Assembly (NCBI GenBank): GCA_042568285.1
Contig: JBHPIX010000001.1
Location: 539-64,538, forward strand
Source: Patescibacteria group bacterium
GTDB taxonomy: Bacteria; Patescibacteriota; Patescibacteriia; JAZDEU01
Length of the DNA: 64,000 nucleotides
Direction of reading: 5' to 3'
Shown in pieces: positions 38,101 through 47,146 of the stretch (positions are counted from its first letter, which is position 1; each line of letters starts with the position of its first letter). The notes under the pieces are model-generated. The model saw nothing but the letters and a program-made list of their open reading frames with translations. It made no database searches and was not told the DNA's origin. A program made the translations under genes and the position numbers.

Positions 38101-40034
38101 GTTTCTCCGCTATCGCAAAATGTGTCTCCACAATATGTTTCAGAGCTTCTGCATTTACTGTGAACACAATGGTTATTTTTGCATTCTGAATTAGCTCCGC
38201 ATGTTTCTCCAGTATCTTTCAATGAACATGCTCCACAATCAGAAGTACAGCTTGAACAAGACTCTCCTCTATCGCAAAATGTATCGCCGCAATATGTTTC
38301 AGAGCTTCTGCATTTGCCATGAACACAATGCCAATTTTTACATTCCCCGCTATTAACGCAATCAGAACCGTCTGGCTTACTGCATAATCCGCAATCATCA
38401 GAACAATCATCGCATGTTTCACCTGTATCGCAGTTACTGTCTCCGCAGTATGTTGAAGAGCTTCTGCATTTTCCGTGAACACAATAATTGTTCGCGCATT
38501 CTGAATTAGCGTTGCATACAGCTCCATCAATTTTTAATGAACATGACCCGCAGTCGGAAGTACAGCTTGAACAAGATTCGTCGCTATCGCAAAATGTATC
38601 CCCGCAATATGTAGAATTTTCGCGACATATATTATGAACACAATAATAATCCCCGCAATCAATCTGCGAAAGGCATTGCTCTCCTATTCCAGCTCGGCAG
38701 TTTCCGCAGTCCTGCTGGCACACATCGCACTCTTCGCCATTGTCGCAATGACCGTCTCCGCAGTATGGGGATGAAGATCTGCACCTGCTATGCAAACAAT
38801 ATGGACTTTCGCACTCTGAATTGTTTGAGCAAACCTCGCCGTCTGCTTTTAAATTTAATTCGCAATAATAATTAGAAGTATCGCATAAATAACCGCTATC
38901 GCAATGATCATTTATTGAGCAACATGTTTTGCCAGCTTCGCAACATACATAATTTGCGCAATTTTCTGATTTGCAAGTTGAAGATGCATAGCAGACTTCT
39001 CCAATTTCTTTTCTTGTATCCACTTTTTCAACGCAATATTTATTATAATGGCATTCATATCCAGTTGAACAATCATCATCGTCATAACAGCACGTTCCAG
39101 AATCACAACATTTTCCATTGTTGCAGTATCCACTAGCGCATTCTTCTGAAGATGCGCAGACAGAACCATTTACTTTTAAGTATGTATACTCGCATAAATA
39201 ATTTGAATTGCATAAACCATTATTGCCACAATCATTATCAGTTTCGCAACACCATCCAACGCCTCCGCAGCATATTTTTTTTGAATAATCGCTTCCAAGC
39301 ACATAATCACAAATACTTGATTCGCATTCGCTATATTGAGAGCAAGCTTCGCCATTTGCCTTTTTAACTTTATCTTCGCAATAATAATTATCATTGCAAA
39401 TAGTATTCAATCCAAAAAGATCTCCGCAGTCGTTGCTTGTCTTGCAACATTCTTTGCCAGCTTCGCAACAAGTTCTATGCTGGCAATTATCTGATACGCA
39501 GTCTGTGTTAGAGCTACAACTCCCGCCATTCGCGGTCGTAGCGTCTGATTCGCAATAGCATCCGCCGGATTCGCCATATAGGGTGCAAGTAGCCGCGTAT
39601 GGACAATGGTCATTATTGAAACAGCATACGCTTCCCGTTTTACAGCATATATTATTACTGCAATTTCCTGATTCACATTCTGCGTCTTCGCCTGAATCGC
39701 ATGTCATAGAATTTATTACACTGCCGGCGCAATCTTCTGGACAAATGGTATATCCTTCATCGCAATAGCCGTCTCCGCAAAAATAATAATGATCTCTGCA
39801 AATATTATGGATGCAATAATCCGCATCGCAGTCCCATGATGTTGTACAGCTTTCACCCAGAGCGTTCGTCGCAAAAGAAACATTCGCGAACAGCGACATT
39901 GCGAATATTGCAAAAACAAAAACAGCGATAAACTTTAATGAACTAAAAGTACAATCGCTGTTTGCAGATAACTGTTTTACGAAATGCCACAATTTTTCGT
40001 AAAATGTTTGTGGCGTTTTGATAGAGTGTTTCAT
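35115..40034 (-). CDS. giant (1639 aa) Cys-rich modular surface protein with N-terminal signal/TM and C-terminal TM anchor
   Basis: dozens of ~45-aa Cys-rich repeats (GxxCxxxxxCxSxxC...CC), a second repeat class (YCGDxxCDxGExCxxCxxDCGxC), ~700-aa helical region, C-terminal hydrophobic helix. Confidence 0.6.
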   Translation of the reverse strand: MKHSIKTPQTFYEKLWHFVKQLSANSDCTFSSLKFIAVFVFAIFAMSLFANVSFATNALGESCTTSWDCDADYCIHNICRDHYYFCGDGYCDEGYTICPEDCAGSVINSMTCDSGEDAECESGNCSNNICCKTGSVCCFNNDHCPYAATCTLYGESGGCYCESDATTANGGSCSSNTDCVSDNCQHRTCCEAGKECCKTSNDCGDLFGLNTICNDNYYCEDKVKKANGEACSQYSECESSICDYVLGSDYSKKICCGGVGWCCETDNDCGNNGLCNSNYLCEYTYLKVNGSVCASSEECASGYCNNGKCCDSGTCCYDDDDCSTGYECHYNKYCVEKVDTRKEIGEVCYASSTCKSENCANYVCCEAGKTCCSINDHCDSGYLCDTSNYYCELNLKADGEVCSNNSECESPYCLHSRCRSSSPYCGDGHCDNGEECDVCQQDCGNCRAGIGEQCLSQIDCGDYYCVHNICRENSTYCGDTFCDSDESCSSCTSDCGSCSLKIDGAVCNANSECANNYCVHGKCRSSSTYCGDSNCDTGETCDDCSDDCGLCSKPDGSDCVNSGECKNWHCVHGKCRSSETYCGDTFCDRGESCSSCTSDCGACSLKDTGETCGANSECKNNHCVHSKCRSSETYCGDTFCDSGETCVDCVKDCGQCEDDEFTAINSMSFGSSGEMKDGGVIPASRAPHIWTVNLPSRFTKVEITHYAKNSSNYVKKYMGKNGYVKVNDKTVWEFSPYSSSNGQVYDASLGKNVTEASGLNKWIDATKFFQAGSNTVKFYHYTTIEAIGVKLRVSVSAETEHTPDPSQEGNDENGVEDELKVEEGAEEREEEEVKKENGQSCDEQQDCASNNCVESVCRPLGYTWCGDGECQDNEDCSCPDCATTRRECLLFNNGDACSESSQCKSDFCWEKKCAMEENVIEYINEYSNIYGSIMPLNDKKYVPGLEGNFSPHDMHRTLMISVEEEKDGGNKVKAIALLKSSIAIEKLGVATIEAGTEMADVLGEATWQLMRTFLLFKAKIVAHQRLNSLSGKLNVNLRGVADKLTAATELVGGQLEGHSLESVLNSLGIESSAQIADFKMEADRAFENSQGSLKRYMDELEKTVKHKYKNLYKLAFMTNFKEAVSNQMVDYQVAIWHQNKFVGAVPNSDVPYYGYQTKINQIREALIAEKNFVYNNDNIFDKSKNMGNQLIDTTTNFGKLMDQLGLAGAAVDWGASLLGKETIFGDVFEKVSDFARDINDKLKLATDGINIAGLYGKAIFGIYSEGKMFAIYHNTASDWCEATIGDCHSVIRIPGTQEIIDLESVYQSMRPLGASIDNAIVKGGNLAYEFTREADRISNEMVNIFRQVANTTKTTLVRGVKKTKKFVVQATSQTGEAMRDAIQEKTEQAVETAENIAEEAAKTIIETGERVEETARQTAEAVRSGGRQILTGVMRFGSALLSEYSGNVIPRLTRDPEILQSRLTNWIPPVSTIPSRTRRSEAESSLGGHQARNDKKHFRESDRLWNISPAMAEDKPVIEFALISPSGKKYSGEPMQDGMGAIVVVEDPEDGEWETEVIGVDLEGEEDIEISLNVDEISEQETVEEVPEIKLAQTIENLQKDADRAIGIKKILQWVLSIAVGILAVVLGVLVWKRRAQDG
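35552..35694. repeat. R-family composite repeat inserted in-frame inside the giant protein CDS
   Basis: translated as VIPRLTRDPE...NWIPPVSTIPSRTRRSEAESSLGGHQ, the same peptide as in the MiaB-like gene. Confidence 0.8.
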
Positions 40035-40561
40035 ATAGTTTGTATTTTAAAATTATTTTTTATACGAAATCCAATTTCATTTGCAGGTTCTTTTTGCGGC
40101 GAAATTAGTTGTTTTATAGCTTCAAAAATAATTTTAAATTGTTGGTCGTATTTTTTTTCTAATTTTTGTATTTTATTTTTAAGTTCTTTATTGGTTAATA
40201 ATATTTCCCTCAATTTTACAAAAGTCCTTATAATTTGGATGTTAACCTTTATGGCTTTTTCACTATTTAAAACACTGGATAGCATAGCCACTCCTTGTTC
40301 TGTGAAAGCATAGGGAAGATATCTTTGTCCGCCCCAACTTGAGGTCACAATTTGTGACCTCAAAATTTGAAATTCCTCGTTTGTTAGTTGAAACATAAAA
40401 TCAATGGGGAAACGTTTGATATTTCGTCTGATGGCTTGGTTAAGAACTTTTGTTTCAACTCCGTAAAGTTTAGCAATGTCTTTATCCAAAATTATTTTTT
40501 TGCCACGGATATAGAATATTTTATCCATTATTCTTTCTTGGGGTATTAGATTTTTTGACAT
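40031..40561 (-). CDS. ORF6N-domain (KilA-N-like, DNA-binding) protein
   Basis: IYxIRGxKIxLDxDxAxLYGVETKVLNQAxxRNxxRFPxDFMFQLTxEE ... VAMLSSVL consensus of ORF6N; 4-nt overlap with the giant gene start. Confidence 0.6.
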   Translation of the reverse strand: MSKNLIPQERIMDKIFYIRGKKIILDKDIAKLYGVETKVLNQAIRRNIKRFPIDFMFQLTNEEFQILRSQIVTSSWGGQRYLPYAFTEQGVAMLSSVLNSEKAIKVNIQIIRTFVKLREILLTNKELKNKIQKLEKKYDQQFKIIFEAIKQLISPQKEPANEIGFRIKNNFKIQTI

Positions 40562-41023
40562 AAAGTAATAGTCTGTTTAAGGTTGCAATTTATGAACAGT
40601 TAAATTCTATGAAACACAGAATTTAAGTTTTTGTTTTCTTGCTTTCTTGTTTAATATTATACCAAAAAAACAAAATATCAGCAAAAAATTTTTTGACGGT
40701 TCCATTGTCCCGCCGATTCGGCGGGCAGATGCGCGTTCAAGAATCCACACCATAAAGCAACCTTGCGTTTTCTTTTTAAAGTATTATAATTAAAGTTATA
40801 TTTATTTTTTTATTGCTTTTTGACAATTTAACTTAATCCCGAAAGGAAAAAAATGGAAAACAAAAAATTAATCATGACAAAAGTCGTAAAAAAAAATTTT
40901 ATGAATAATTTTCCATTATTATGTGTCGTTATTTTTAGTTTATTATTTTTATTGCTTATTATTCTTTATTTAAAATGTCCTTTAATAATTTTATAAATAA
41001 TTACTCAGAAAGGAGTATAAAAA

Positions 41024-41488
41024 ATGAAAAACAAAGAATTAATTTCAAAATTTGCAGATAAACTTGCGAATAGGTTTTTAATATTTTTTTCAGCGTTGAT
41101 TACATCCGCTGTAACTTTATTATTGCTGTATATTGCGAAATGGTCTCTTGACAGAGGAATAACAGATTTCCAACATCTAAACTTTATCTTTGCTGTTATT
41201 GTTTGCATAACATGCGATATTATAATGTCTTTGAATTTTGGCAAATATGCTTATGATACCTTGTCTGGCTCCAAGTTCCAAACTTTAGACAGCATTCTTT
41301 ATAGCATAGTTCACTCTATTTTTATATTCTTCATATGCTCTTTATTTGTCAGTGCAACCCTTTCCATTGTATTCGCAGTAATTTCTTTTATCACAGTTAT
41401 ATTTATCCAATTTTTTATCAGAATAAAAAATGGTGAAAAAATTAACTTATGGCCAACGGGCCACAACAAATTGCTCTTTTCTATATAA
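41024..41488 (+). CDS. hypothetical multi-pass membrane protein
   Basis: 4 hydrophobic helices. Confidence 0.4.
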   Translation: MKNKELISKFADKLANRFLIFFSALITSAVTLLLLYIAKWSLDRGITDFQHLNFIFAVIVCITCDIIMSLNFGKYAYDTLSGSKFQTLDSILYSIVHSIFIFFICSLFVSATLSIVFAVISFITVIFIQFFIRIKNGEKINLWPTGHNKLLFSI

Positions 41489-41499
41489 ATTGTCCAAAC

Positions 41500-41535
41500 A
41501 AAAAAGCCTGTCGTTCAATATGAATGACAGGCTTG
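41500..41535 (+). terminator. rho-independent terminator (aaaaagcctgtcgttcaatatgaatgacaggcttgtttt)
   Basis: stem-loop + T-run. Confidence 0.6.
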
Positions 41536-41565
41536 TTTTATTTAATTTATATTTTAGAGAACTAT

Positions 41566-41605
41566 ATTGACGCGGTGTTGTCATCCCGCACTTGATGCGG
41601 GATCC
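41566..41605. repeat. R-family single hairpin (tgtcatcccgcacttgatgcgggat)
   Basis: read directly. Confidence 0.65.
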
Positions 41606-41609
41606 ATTC

Positions 41610-42554
41610 CTAAATATCATAGAGCAATTTTTTAAAGTTCATTGCTTTCCAATAATCAAAGATCCGATCAAAAGAAGGGGATAATGAATCTTTTATATGT
41701 TCTGTTGTTTTTATAAATATATAATGTCTCCCTGTTTCAGTATGATAAAATAACCATTCAATGCCACGTCTTAATGCTTCCGCAACAAGTCCGCATATTA
41801 TGCCATTGCAAAATGCAACGATCCACAATAATATCACATTTTCTATAAAAGGAAGTAAAAAATACGCTAAAGCAACTGTTATTGCCATTGTTGTAAAAAG
41901 GCAAATCCAGTAGCCAGATAATTTTACTGCTTTATAAATAGCTTTTATGCTGATGATATACGTTATTGAAAGTAATGCAAATAAAAGGAATATGAATCCT
42001 GTAATACTAAAATAAATAAATCCAAAATATGCCATTATTATCCAAAAAATTTGAACTCTAAATAAGCTAATTATATCGCTAAAAAAGAACTTTAATGGGT
42101 TTATAGATTGATAGTTTTTAAACCTTTGGTTAAAAGGGCTTTTTTCTTTAGAAAAAAGAAAAGACATAGGGAAGCTACTTAAGATAAAACAATTTATATA
42201 ATCCCATCTGCCAACAATAAAAAAACGACGAATAAACAAATAACTAATCAAAAAGACAATAATAACAGCAAATGCCCGAATTATCCAAGCATGATTTTTA
42301 TTAACGGCTTGTTTTGCCTCACCTGTTTTTATGCAAACATAGTTCAAACTTTTTTTGCCGACCAGAACGCTTTTTTTATAAATAGCAATTATATTGCAAT
42401 AAATTTCCTGATAGCACCAACCGATTAACACTCCCAGAATAACTCCAAATCCTAATAAATAAAAATTTTTACTATAACCGAATGCCAATAATCCAACAAA
42501 ACCTCCAAGAAAAGCTCCTAACACATTTTTTTTCGTAATTTCTTTTATTTCCAT
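41610..42554 (-). CDS. hypothetical multi-pass membrane protein (314 aa)
   Basis: many hydrophobic helices. Confidence 0.4.
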   Translation of the reverse strand: MEIKEITKKNVLGAFLGGFVGLLAFGYSKNFYLLGFGVILGVLIGWCYQEIYCNIIAIYKKSVLVGKKSLNYVCIKTGEAKQAVNKNHAWIIRAFAVIIVFLISYLFIRRFFIVGRWDYINCFILSSFPMSFLFSKEKSPFNQRFKNYQSINPLKFFFSDIISLFRVQIFWIIMAYFGFIYFSITGFIFLLFALLSITYIISIKAIYKAVKLSGYWICLFTTMAITVALAYFLLPFIENVILLWIVAFCNGIICGLVAEALRRGIEWLFYHTETGRHYIFIKTTEHIKDSLSPSFDRIFDYWKAMNFKKLLYDI

Positions 42555-42572
42555 CTTAAACTCCTCCTCTTG

Positions 42573-43112
42573 TTAATAATAAAAATAATAATATCCAACA
42601 TAAAATAAAATTCCTGTAAATAAAAAAGAGACTACGGTAACAACAATGTTTCGCCATATAGTAAATTGATCTATAATAATATCTATCTCATTTAATGCCA
42701 CCAAAGAAAAAATAACAATACCTCCATCTATTACTGAAATCAATAATAAACTTGATAGTGATATATCTGATAACAATTTTATTTTTGCTACACACATAAT
42801 AGAAGATATTAGAAACGTTATTCCTGCGATAACTGATAAAATGGAGCACATAATACTGAAGAATGCAATTTTAACACTACAATTCTTTTTTTCGTTTTCT
42901 ATAAATTTCAAAAAAGCAATAAAACAGATTATAGCCGAGATAAAAAAACCTACACAAATTTTAGGCCAGATAGGATAATTTAAATTTATTATTATTATGG
43001 CTAAAAATAAAAATATTACAGCTGATATTATTACGGCTTCCAGAACATCATTAAAAAATAAGTTGAAATTTGTATTAAATCCATTCTTAATTTTATTAAC
43101 AACATTTTCCAT
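42573..43112 (-). CDS. hypothetical multi-pass membrane protein (179 aa)
   Basis: hydrophobic helices. Confidence 0.4.
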   Translation of the reverse strand: MENVVNKIKNGFNTNFNLFFNDVLEAVIISAVIFLFLAIIIINLNYPIWPKICVGFFISAIICFIAFLKFIENEKKNCSVKIAFFSIMCSILSVIAGITFLISSIMCVAKIKLLSDISLSSLLLISVIDGGIVIFSLVALNEIDIIIDQFTIWRNIVVTVVSFLFTGILFYVGYYYFYY

Positions 43113-43186
43113 TTTTTTCTCCTTCTTTTAAATTATTTGGATTAACAACGTTTATAACGTTGCCTCTGATTTTTTCAAAGAGCTAT

Positions 43187-43250
43187 GTGCCGGGAAGAGG
43201 ATTCTTGCCCTGTCGTATGACAGGGTGAACCTCCACGCTCATTCGCACTA
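43187..43250 (-). pseudogene. 3' fragment of tRNA-Leu duplicated immediately 3' of the intact gene, carrying a 26-nt hairpin insertion in the T-loop
   Basis: tgtgccgggaagagga[ttcttgccctgtcgtatgacagggtg]aacctccacgc matches the tRNA-Leu 3' end. Confidence 0.5.
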
Positions 43251-43269
43251 CAAAAACGAAATTCCTATG

Positions 43270-43351
43270 TGCCGGGAAGAGGACTTGAACCTCCACGCCC
43301 GAAGGCACGTGCTCCTAAGGCACGCGTGTCTGCCAATTTCACCATCCCGGC
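43270..43351 (-). tRNA. tRNA-Leu (TAG) with long variable arm
   Basis: GCCGGGATGGTGAAATTGG..., anticodon loop CTTAGGA, variable arm GTGCCTTCGGGCGTGGA, T-arm GGTTCAAGTCC. Confidence 0.8.
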
Positions 43352-43401
43352 GTTACTCAAAAAAATAATCAAGCTGTCTTAAAAAGCAATTAAAGCAGTT
43401 T

Positions 43402-43556
43402 TTGTCATCCCGCAAATCGTAGCAACGATTATGTCCGCTTCGGCTTGAATCGAGACGAGCGGGATCCACTTTTAAATCAAATTTCTGAATCCCGTGTCAA
43501 GCCCGCCGAATTGGCCTGCCTGCCGGTAGGCAAGGCGAGGCAAGCACGGGATGACA
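43402..43556. repeat. R-family composite repeat (three modules)
   Basis: gtcatcccgcaaatcgtagcaacgattatg..., ...cgtgtcaagcccgccgaattggcctgcctgccggtaggcaaggcgaggcaagcacgggatgaca. Confidence 0.7.
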
Positions 43557-43592
43557 GTTTTTAATGTTAGCACAATTTAATAAATTTGCAAG

Positions 43593-44444
43593 TTAAAAAG
43601 AAAATGAAACCGCGCCGTATCCTACCACTCCACCCTTGTCAGATATTGTATCTCCTGAATTCATATATTTTAAAATATCTATTTTATTAGCGCCCAAATC
43701 TTTTGCTAAAAGCATAACTGTTTTAACCGCGCCGGACCCGCATAAAAAAGAAACTCCATTCGGGATTATTTCTATCTCAAGATCCAGTAATAATTTTTCC
43801 AGTTTAGCTTCATCTCCTGTCTGAATAGTTTTTAAAACTTCATTATCAACTTTAACCGCGTCATCATAAGCTGGATAATGTGACATATCGCTAGAAGCTA
43901 TAACTAAAATATCTTTTCTATCTCCAATTATAGCTACTAAAATTTCAGATAACATTTTGCAATTATCTATTAAATCATTACCCAGTAATATCGGAATTAT
44001 TTTAAATTCTTTTAAAGTGTTCTGTAAAAATGGCAACTGGACTTCAATAGAATGTTCTTCTTTATGCGCATCGCTATTAAATGATATTTTTTCATTTTTT
44101 TCAATTATTAAATTTGCCATTGCGCTATCAATTTCTACTTCTCCTAAAGGGGTTTTATAACCGCCACTGCTATAAACTGATATTCCGTCAAAAAGACTGT
44201 GGTGACTATTGCCAATAATAATTACTGTATTAATGTTCCTATCTTTTATTTTAGAATAAGCGCTCGCCATCACTTTTCCCGCGTATTTATATCCAGCATG
44301 AGGAACCATTAAGGCTAAAACATTTTCTGACGTAGAAGTTTTTTCATTTTTTAATAAGCTATTTATTTCTTTAGTTAAAAGATCTGCAGAAGCGGGATAA
44401 AATTTTCCAGCCGCTGAAGGTTGTCTCAAATTGTTTTTAGGCAT
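43593..44444 (-). CDS. Memo-like protein (AmmeMemoRadiSam system protein B family)
   Basis: AAGKFYPAS and VPHAGYKYAGKVMASAY motifs. Confidence 0.7.
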   Translation of the reverse strand: MPKNNLRQPSAAGKFYPASADLLTKEINSLLKNEKTSTSENVLALMVPHAGYKYAGKVMASAYSKIKDRNINTVIIIGNSHHSLFDGISVYSSGGYKTPLGEVEIDSAMANLIIEKNEKISFNSDAHKEEHSIEVQLPFLQNTLKEFKIIPILLGNDLIDNCKMLSEILVAIIGDRKDILVIASSDMSHYPAYDDAVKVDNEVLKTIQTGDEAKLEKLLLDLEIEIIPNGVSFLCGSGAVKTVMLLAKDLGANKIDILKYMNSGDTISDKGGVVGYGAVSFSF

Positions 44445-44643
44445 ATTGATTTCACATTAAAGATAAAATAATTAAAAATATTTTTTTATTATATTATAAT
44501 TTTACCATATTTCCATTATTAAAGAAAGATAATAAACTAATATTTGACAATGAGTAATAAAAAATATACACTAAATGCTATAGACCTGTTGCGGAATGAG
44601 TTCCATAGCGAAATATTGCGTAATATATTTATAAAATAATTTT

Positions 44644-46422
44644 ATGAAAAATAAAAATGAAAAATTAGAGCTATTAAGACACTCTTTATCTCACATTCTT
44701 ATGCAAGCGCTCACTAGGTTATATGGAGCTATTCCTGGTGTAGGACCAGCTATTGAAAATGGTTTTTATCATGATATAGATGCGGAATACCAAATTACAG
44801 CTGAAGACATCCCAAAAATAGAAAAGGAGATGAAAAAAATCATAAAAGCAAATTATCCTATTGAAAAAAAAGTTATGCCCATTGATGAAGGTATAAAATT
44901 TTTAAAAGAAAAAGGATATATCTATACTGCTGAACTGGCGGAAGATTTAAAAAAAGAAGGCAAAGCAGAAATTACATTTTATCAACAAGCGGAATTTATC
45001 AATATGTGCAAAGGACCTCATTTAGAAGCTACTGGAAAAATAAATCCAGACGGTTTTAAACTTACAAAACTTGCTGGCGCTTACTGGAAAGGGGATGAAA
45101 AAAATAAAATGATACAGAGACTTTATGGAGTAGCTTTTGAAACAAAAGATGAATTGGAGAAATATTTGAAGATGATGGAAGAAGCTGAAAAGAGAGATCA
45201 TAGGAAAATCGGATCTGAATTAGATTTATTTAGCTTTTCCAGAGGATCGGCAGGACTACCGGGAAGCGTGTATTGGCACCCAAAAGGGACTATTATATAT
45301 CAAGAAATTATTAGTTATATAAGGGAAAAATTAAAAAAATTTAATTATGGCGAAATTAGAACTCCCATGATTTTAAATAGGGAACTTTGGAAAAAAAGCG
45401 GACATTGGGAAAAATATAAAGAAAATATGTTTTTTGCGGCAGATACTTCCGATATAGAAGATATAAGAAAAGGAAAAAGTCCTGTTTGGGGAATAAAGCC
45501 AATGAACTGCCCTGGAGCAATAGCTGGAATATATAATGCTAAAAAAAGATCATATAAAGAATTTCCTTTGCGAATTGCTGAATTTGGAATGGTGTATCGT
45601 AATGAAGAAAAAGGGGTAATTCACGGACTTTTTAGAGCAAGAGCTTTTACGCAAGATGACGCTCATATTTTTTGCACCGAGGATCAATTAATTTCTGAAA
45701 TAGAAGCTTTAATAGATATTGTTCTTTCAACTTATAAAGATTTTGGTTTTGACGATATTAATACAGAACTTTCTACAAGACCTAAAAAGTATATTGGGAG
45801 TTTAAAAACTTGGGATAAAGCAGAAAAAATTCTTGAAGCTTCTTTAAAGAATACAAAATTAAAATTTGTAATAAATGAAGGTGACGGCGCTTTTTATGGA
45901 CCTAAAATAGATTTTCACATAAAAGATGCTTTAAACAGATCATGGCAATTAGGAACTATTCAATTAGATTTTTCCATGCCTGAAAAACTTGATGCCAAAT
46001 TTACTGATAAAGATGGGAAAGAAAAAGCGCCAATAATGTTGCATAGAGCAGTTTTGGGTTCGTTGGAAAGATTTATAGGCATACTTGTAGAACACTACGG
46101 CGGAGCCTTCCCTCTATGGTTATCACCTGTTCAAGTGAAAATAATTTCAGTTGGTGAAGGGCATATTGAATTCTGCAACAAGCTGGCAGATGAATTTAAA
46201 GAACAAAATGTAAGAGTAGAAGTTGATTCAAATGACGAAACAGTTGGGAATAAAATTAGAAAAGCCAGAACAGAAAAAATTCCTTATGTTTTAGTAATCG
46301 GCGATAAAGAAATGAACTCTGACAAACTGCATATCAATGTAAGAGGAAAAAAAGAAATCATTGAAATGACAAAAAATAATTTTTTTGGTAAAATAAAGGA
46401 AGAGATTGGAGAACGGGTATAA
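44644..46422 (+). CDS. thrS: threonyl-tRNA synthetase (lacking N-terminal TGS domain)
   Basis: class II motifs, HRAVLGSLERFIGILVEHYGGAFPLWLSPVQV, anticodon-binding C-terminus. Confidence 0.9.
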   Translation: MKNKNEKLELLRHSLSHILMQALTRLYGAIPGVGPAIENGFYHDIDAEYQITAEDIPKIEKEMKKIIKANYPIEKKVMPIDEGIKFLKEKGYIYTAELAEDLKKEGKAEITFYQQAEFINMCKGPHLEATGKINPDGFKLTKLAGAYWKGDEKNKMIQRLYGVAFETKDELEKYLKMMEEAEKRDHRKIGSELDLFSFSRGSAGLPGSVYWHPKGTIIYQEIISYIREKLKKFNYGEIRTPMILNRELWKKSGHWEKYKENMFFAADTSDIEDIRKGKSPVWGIKPMNCPGAIAGIYNAKKRSYKEFPLRIAEFGMVYRNEEKGVIHGLFRARAFTQDDAHIFCTEDQLISEIEALIDIVLSTYKDFGFDDINTELSTRPKKYIGSLKTWDKAEKILEASLKNTKLKFVINEGDGAFYGPKIDFHIKDALNRSWQLGTIQLDFSMPEKLDAKFTDKDGKEKAPIMLHRAVLGSLERFIGILVEHYGGAFPLWLSPVQVKIISVGEGHIEFCNKLADEFKEQNVRVEVDSNDETVGNKIRKARTEKIPYVLVIGDKEMNSDKLHINVRGKKEIIEMTKNNFFGKIKEEIGERV

Positions 46423-46459
46423 AATTGCGAAATTTCTATTTTTTTGATATACTATAATT

Positions 46460-46753
46460 ATGATTACTCAAATTTTTAAAAAGAAAATAACTCCCGTATT
46501 AAAACGGCAAGGGGTAACCAAAGCTGCCATTTTTGGTTCTTTCGCAAGAGGAGATTGTAAAAAAAATAGCGATATTGACATTTTAGTAAGTTTAGAAAAA
46601 GATAAAACATTGCTTGACCTTATAGGATTAAAAATTGAATTGGAAAATAAGCTTAAAAGAAAAGTTGATGTTTTAACATATAATGGAATTAACCCTCGTT
46701 TAAAGGATATAATTTTAAATGAACAAAAAATAATTTATGAAAAAAGATCTTAA
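46460..46753 (+). CDS. MNT-type nucleotidyltransferase antitoxin
   Basis: IFGSFARGDCKKNSDIDILV GS...D.D motif. Confidence 0.75.
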   Translation: MITQIFKKKITPVLKRQGVTKAAIFGSFARGDCKKNSDIDILVSLEKDKTLLDLIGLKIELENKLKRKVDVLTYNGINPRLKDIILNEQKIIYEKRS

Positions 46754-47075
46754 TATTTTCATAGAACATATCTTGGAAAGCATTACTGAAATTGAAAAAT
46801 ACACAAAAAATATTTCTTGTGCCAAATTTTTAAAAACCACACAAATTCAAGACGCGGTTATTAGAAGATTAGAAATCATAGGAGAGGCGGTAAAAAATTT
46901 ACCACTTTCTTTAAAAAAACAATCTCCATATATACCATGGCAAAAAATTGCTGGATTAAGAGATGTCCTAATTCATGAATATTTCGGAGTTGATATAGAC
47001 TTAGTTTGGAAAATTATAAAGAAAGATCTGCCAAAATTCAAAAAGGAAATTATAGAATTGACAAAATTAATATAA
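46737..47075 (+). CDS. HepT/DUF86 toxin
   Basis: overlaps MNT gene by 17 nt; DUF86 R-x4-HxY-like region RDVLIHEYF. Confidence 0.7.
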   Translation: MKKDLNIFIEHILESITEIEKYTKNISCAKFLKTTQIQDAVIRRLEIIGEAVKNLPLSLKKQSPYIPWQKIAGLRDVLIHEYFGVDIDLVWKIIKKDLPKFKKEIIELTKLI

Positions 47076-47146
47076 TATAAAATTAAAATTAGTAATGCCA
47101 ATGTATTGCGCAACTAATGCTCATCATTGACACATTCTAAAATTAT

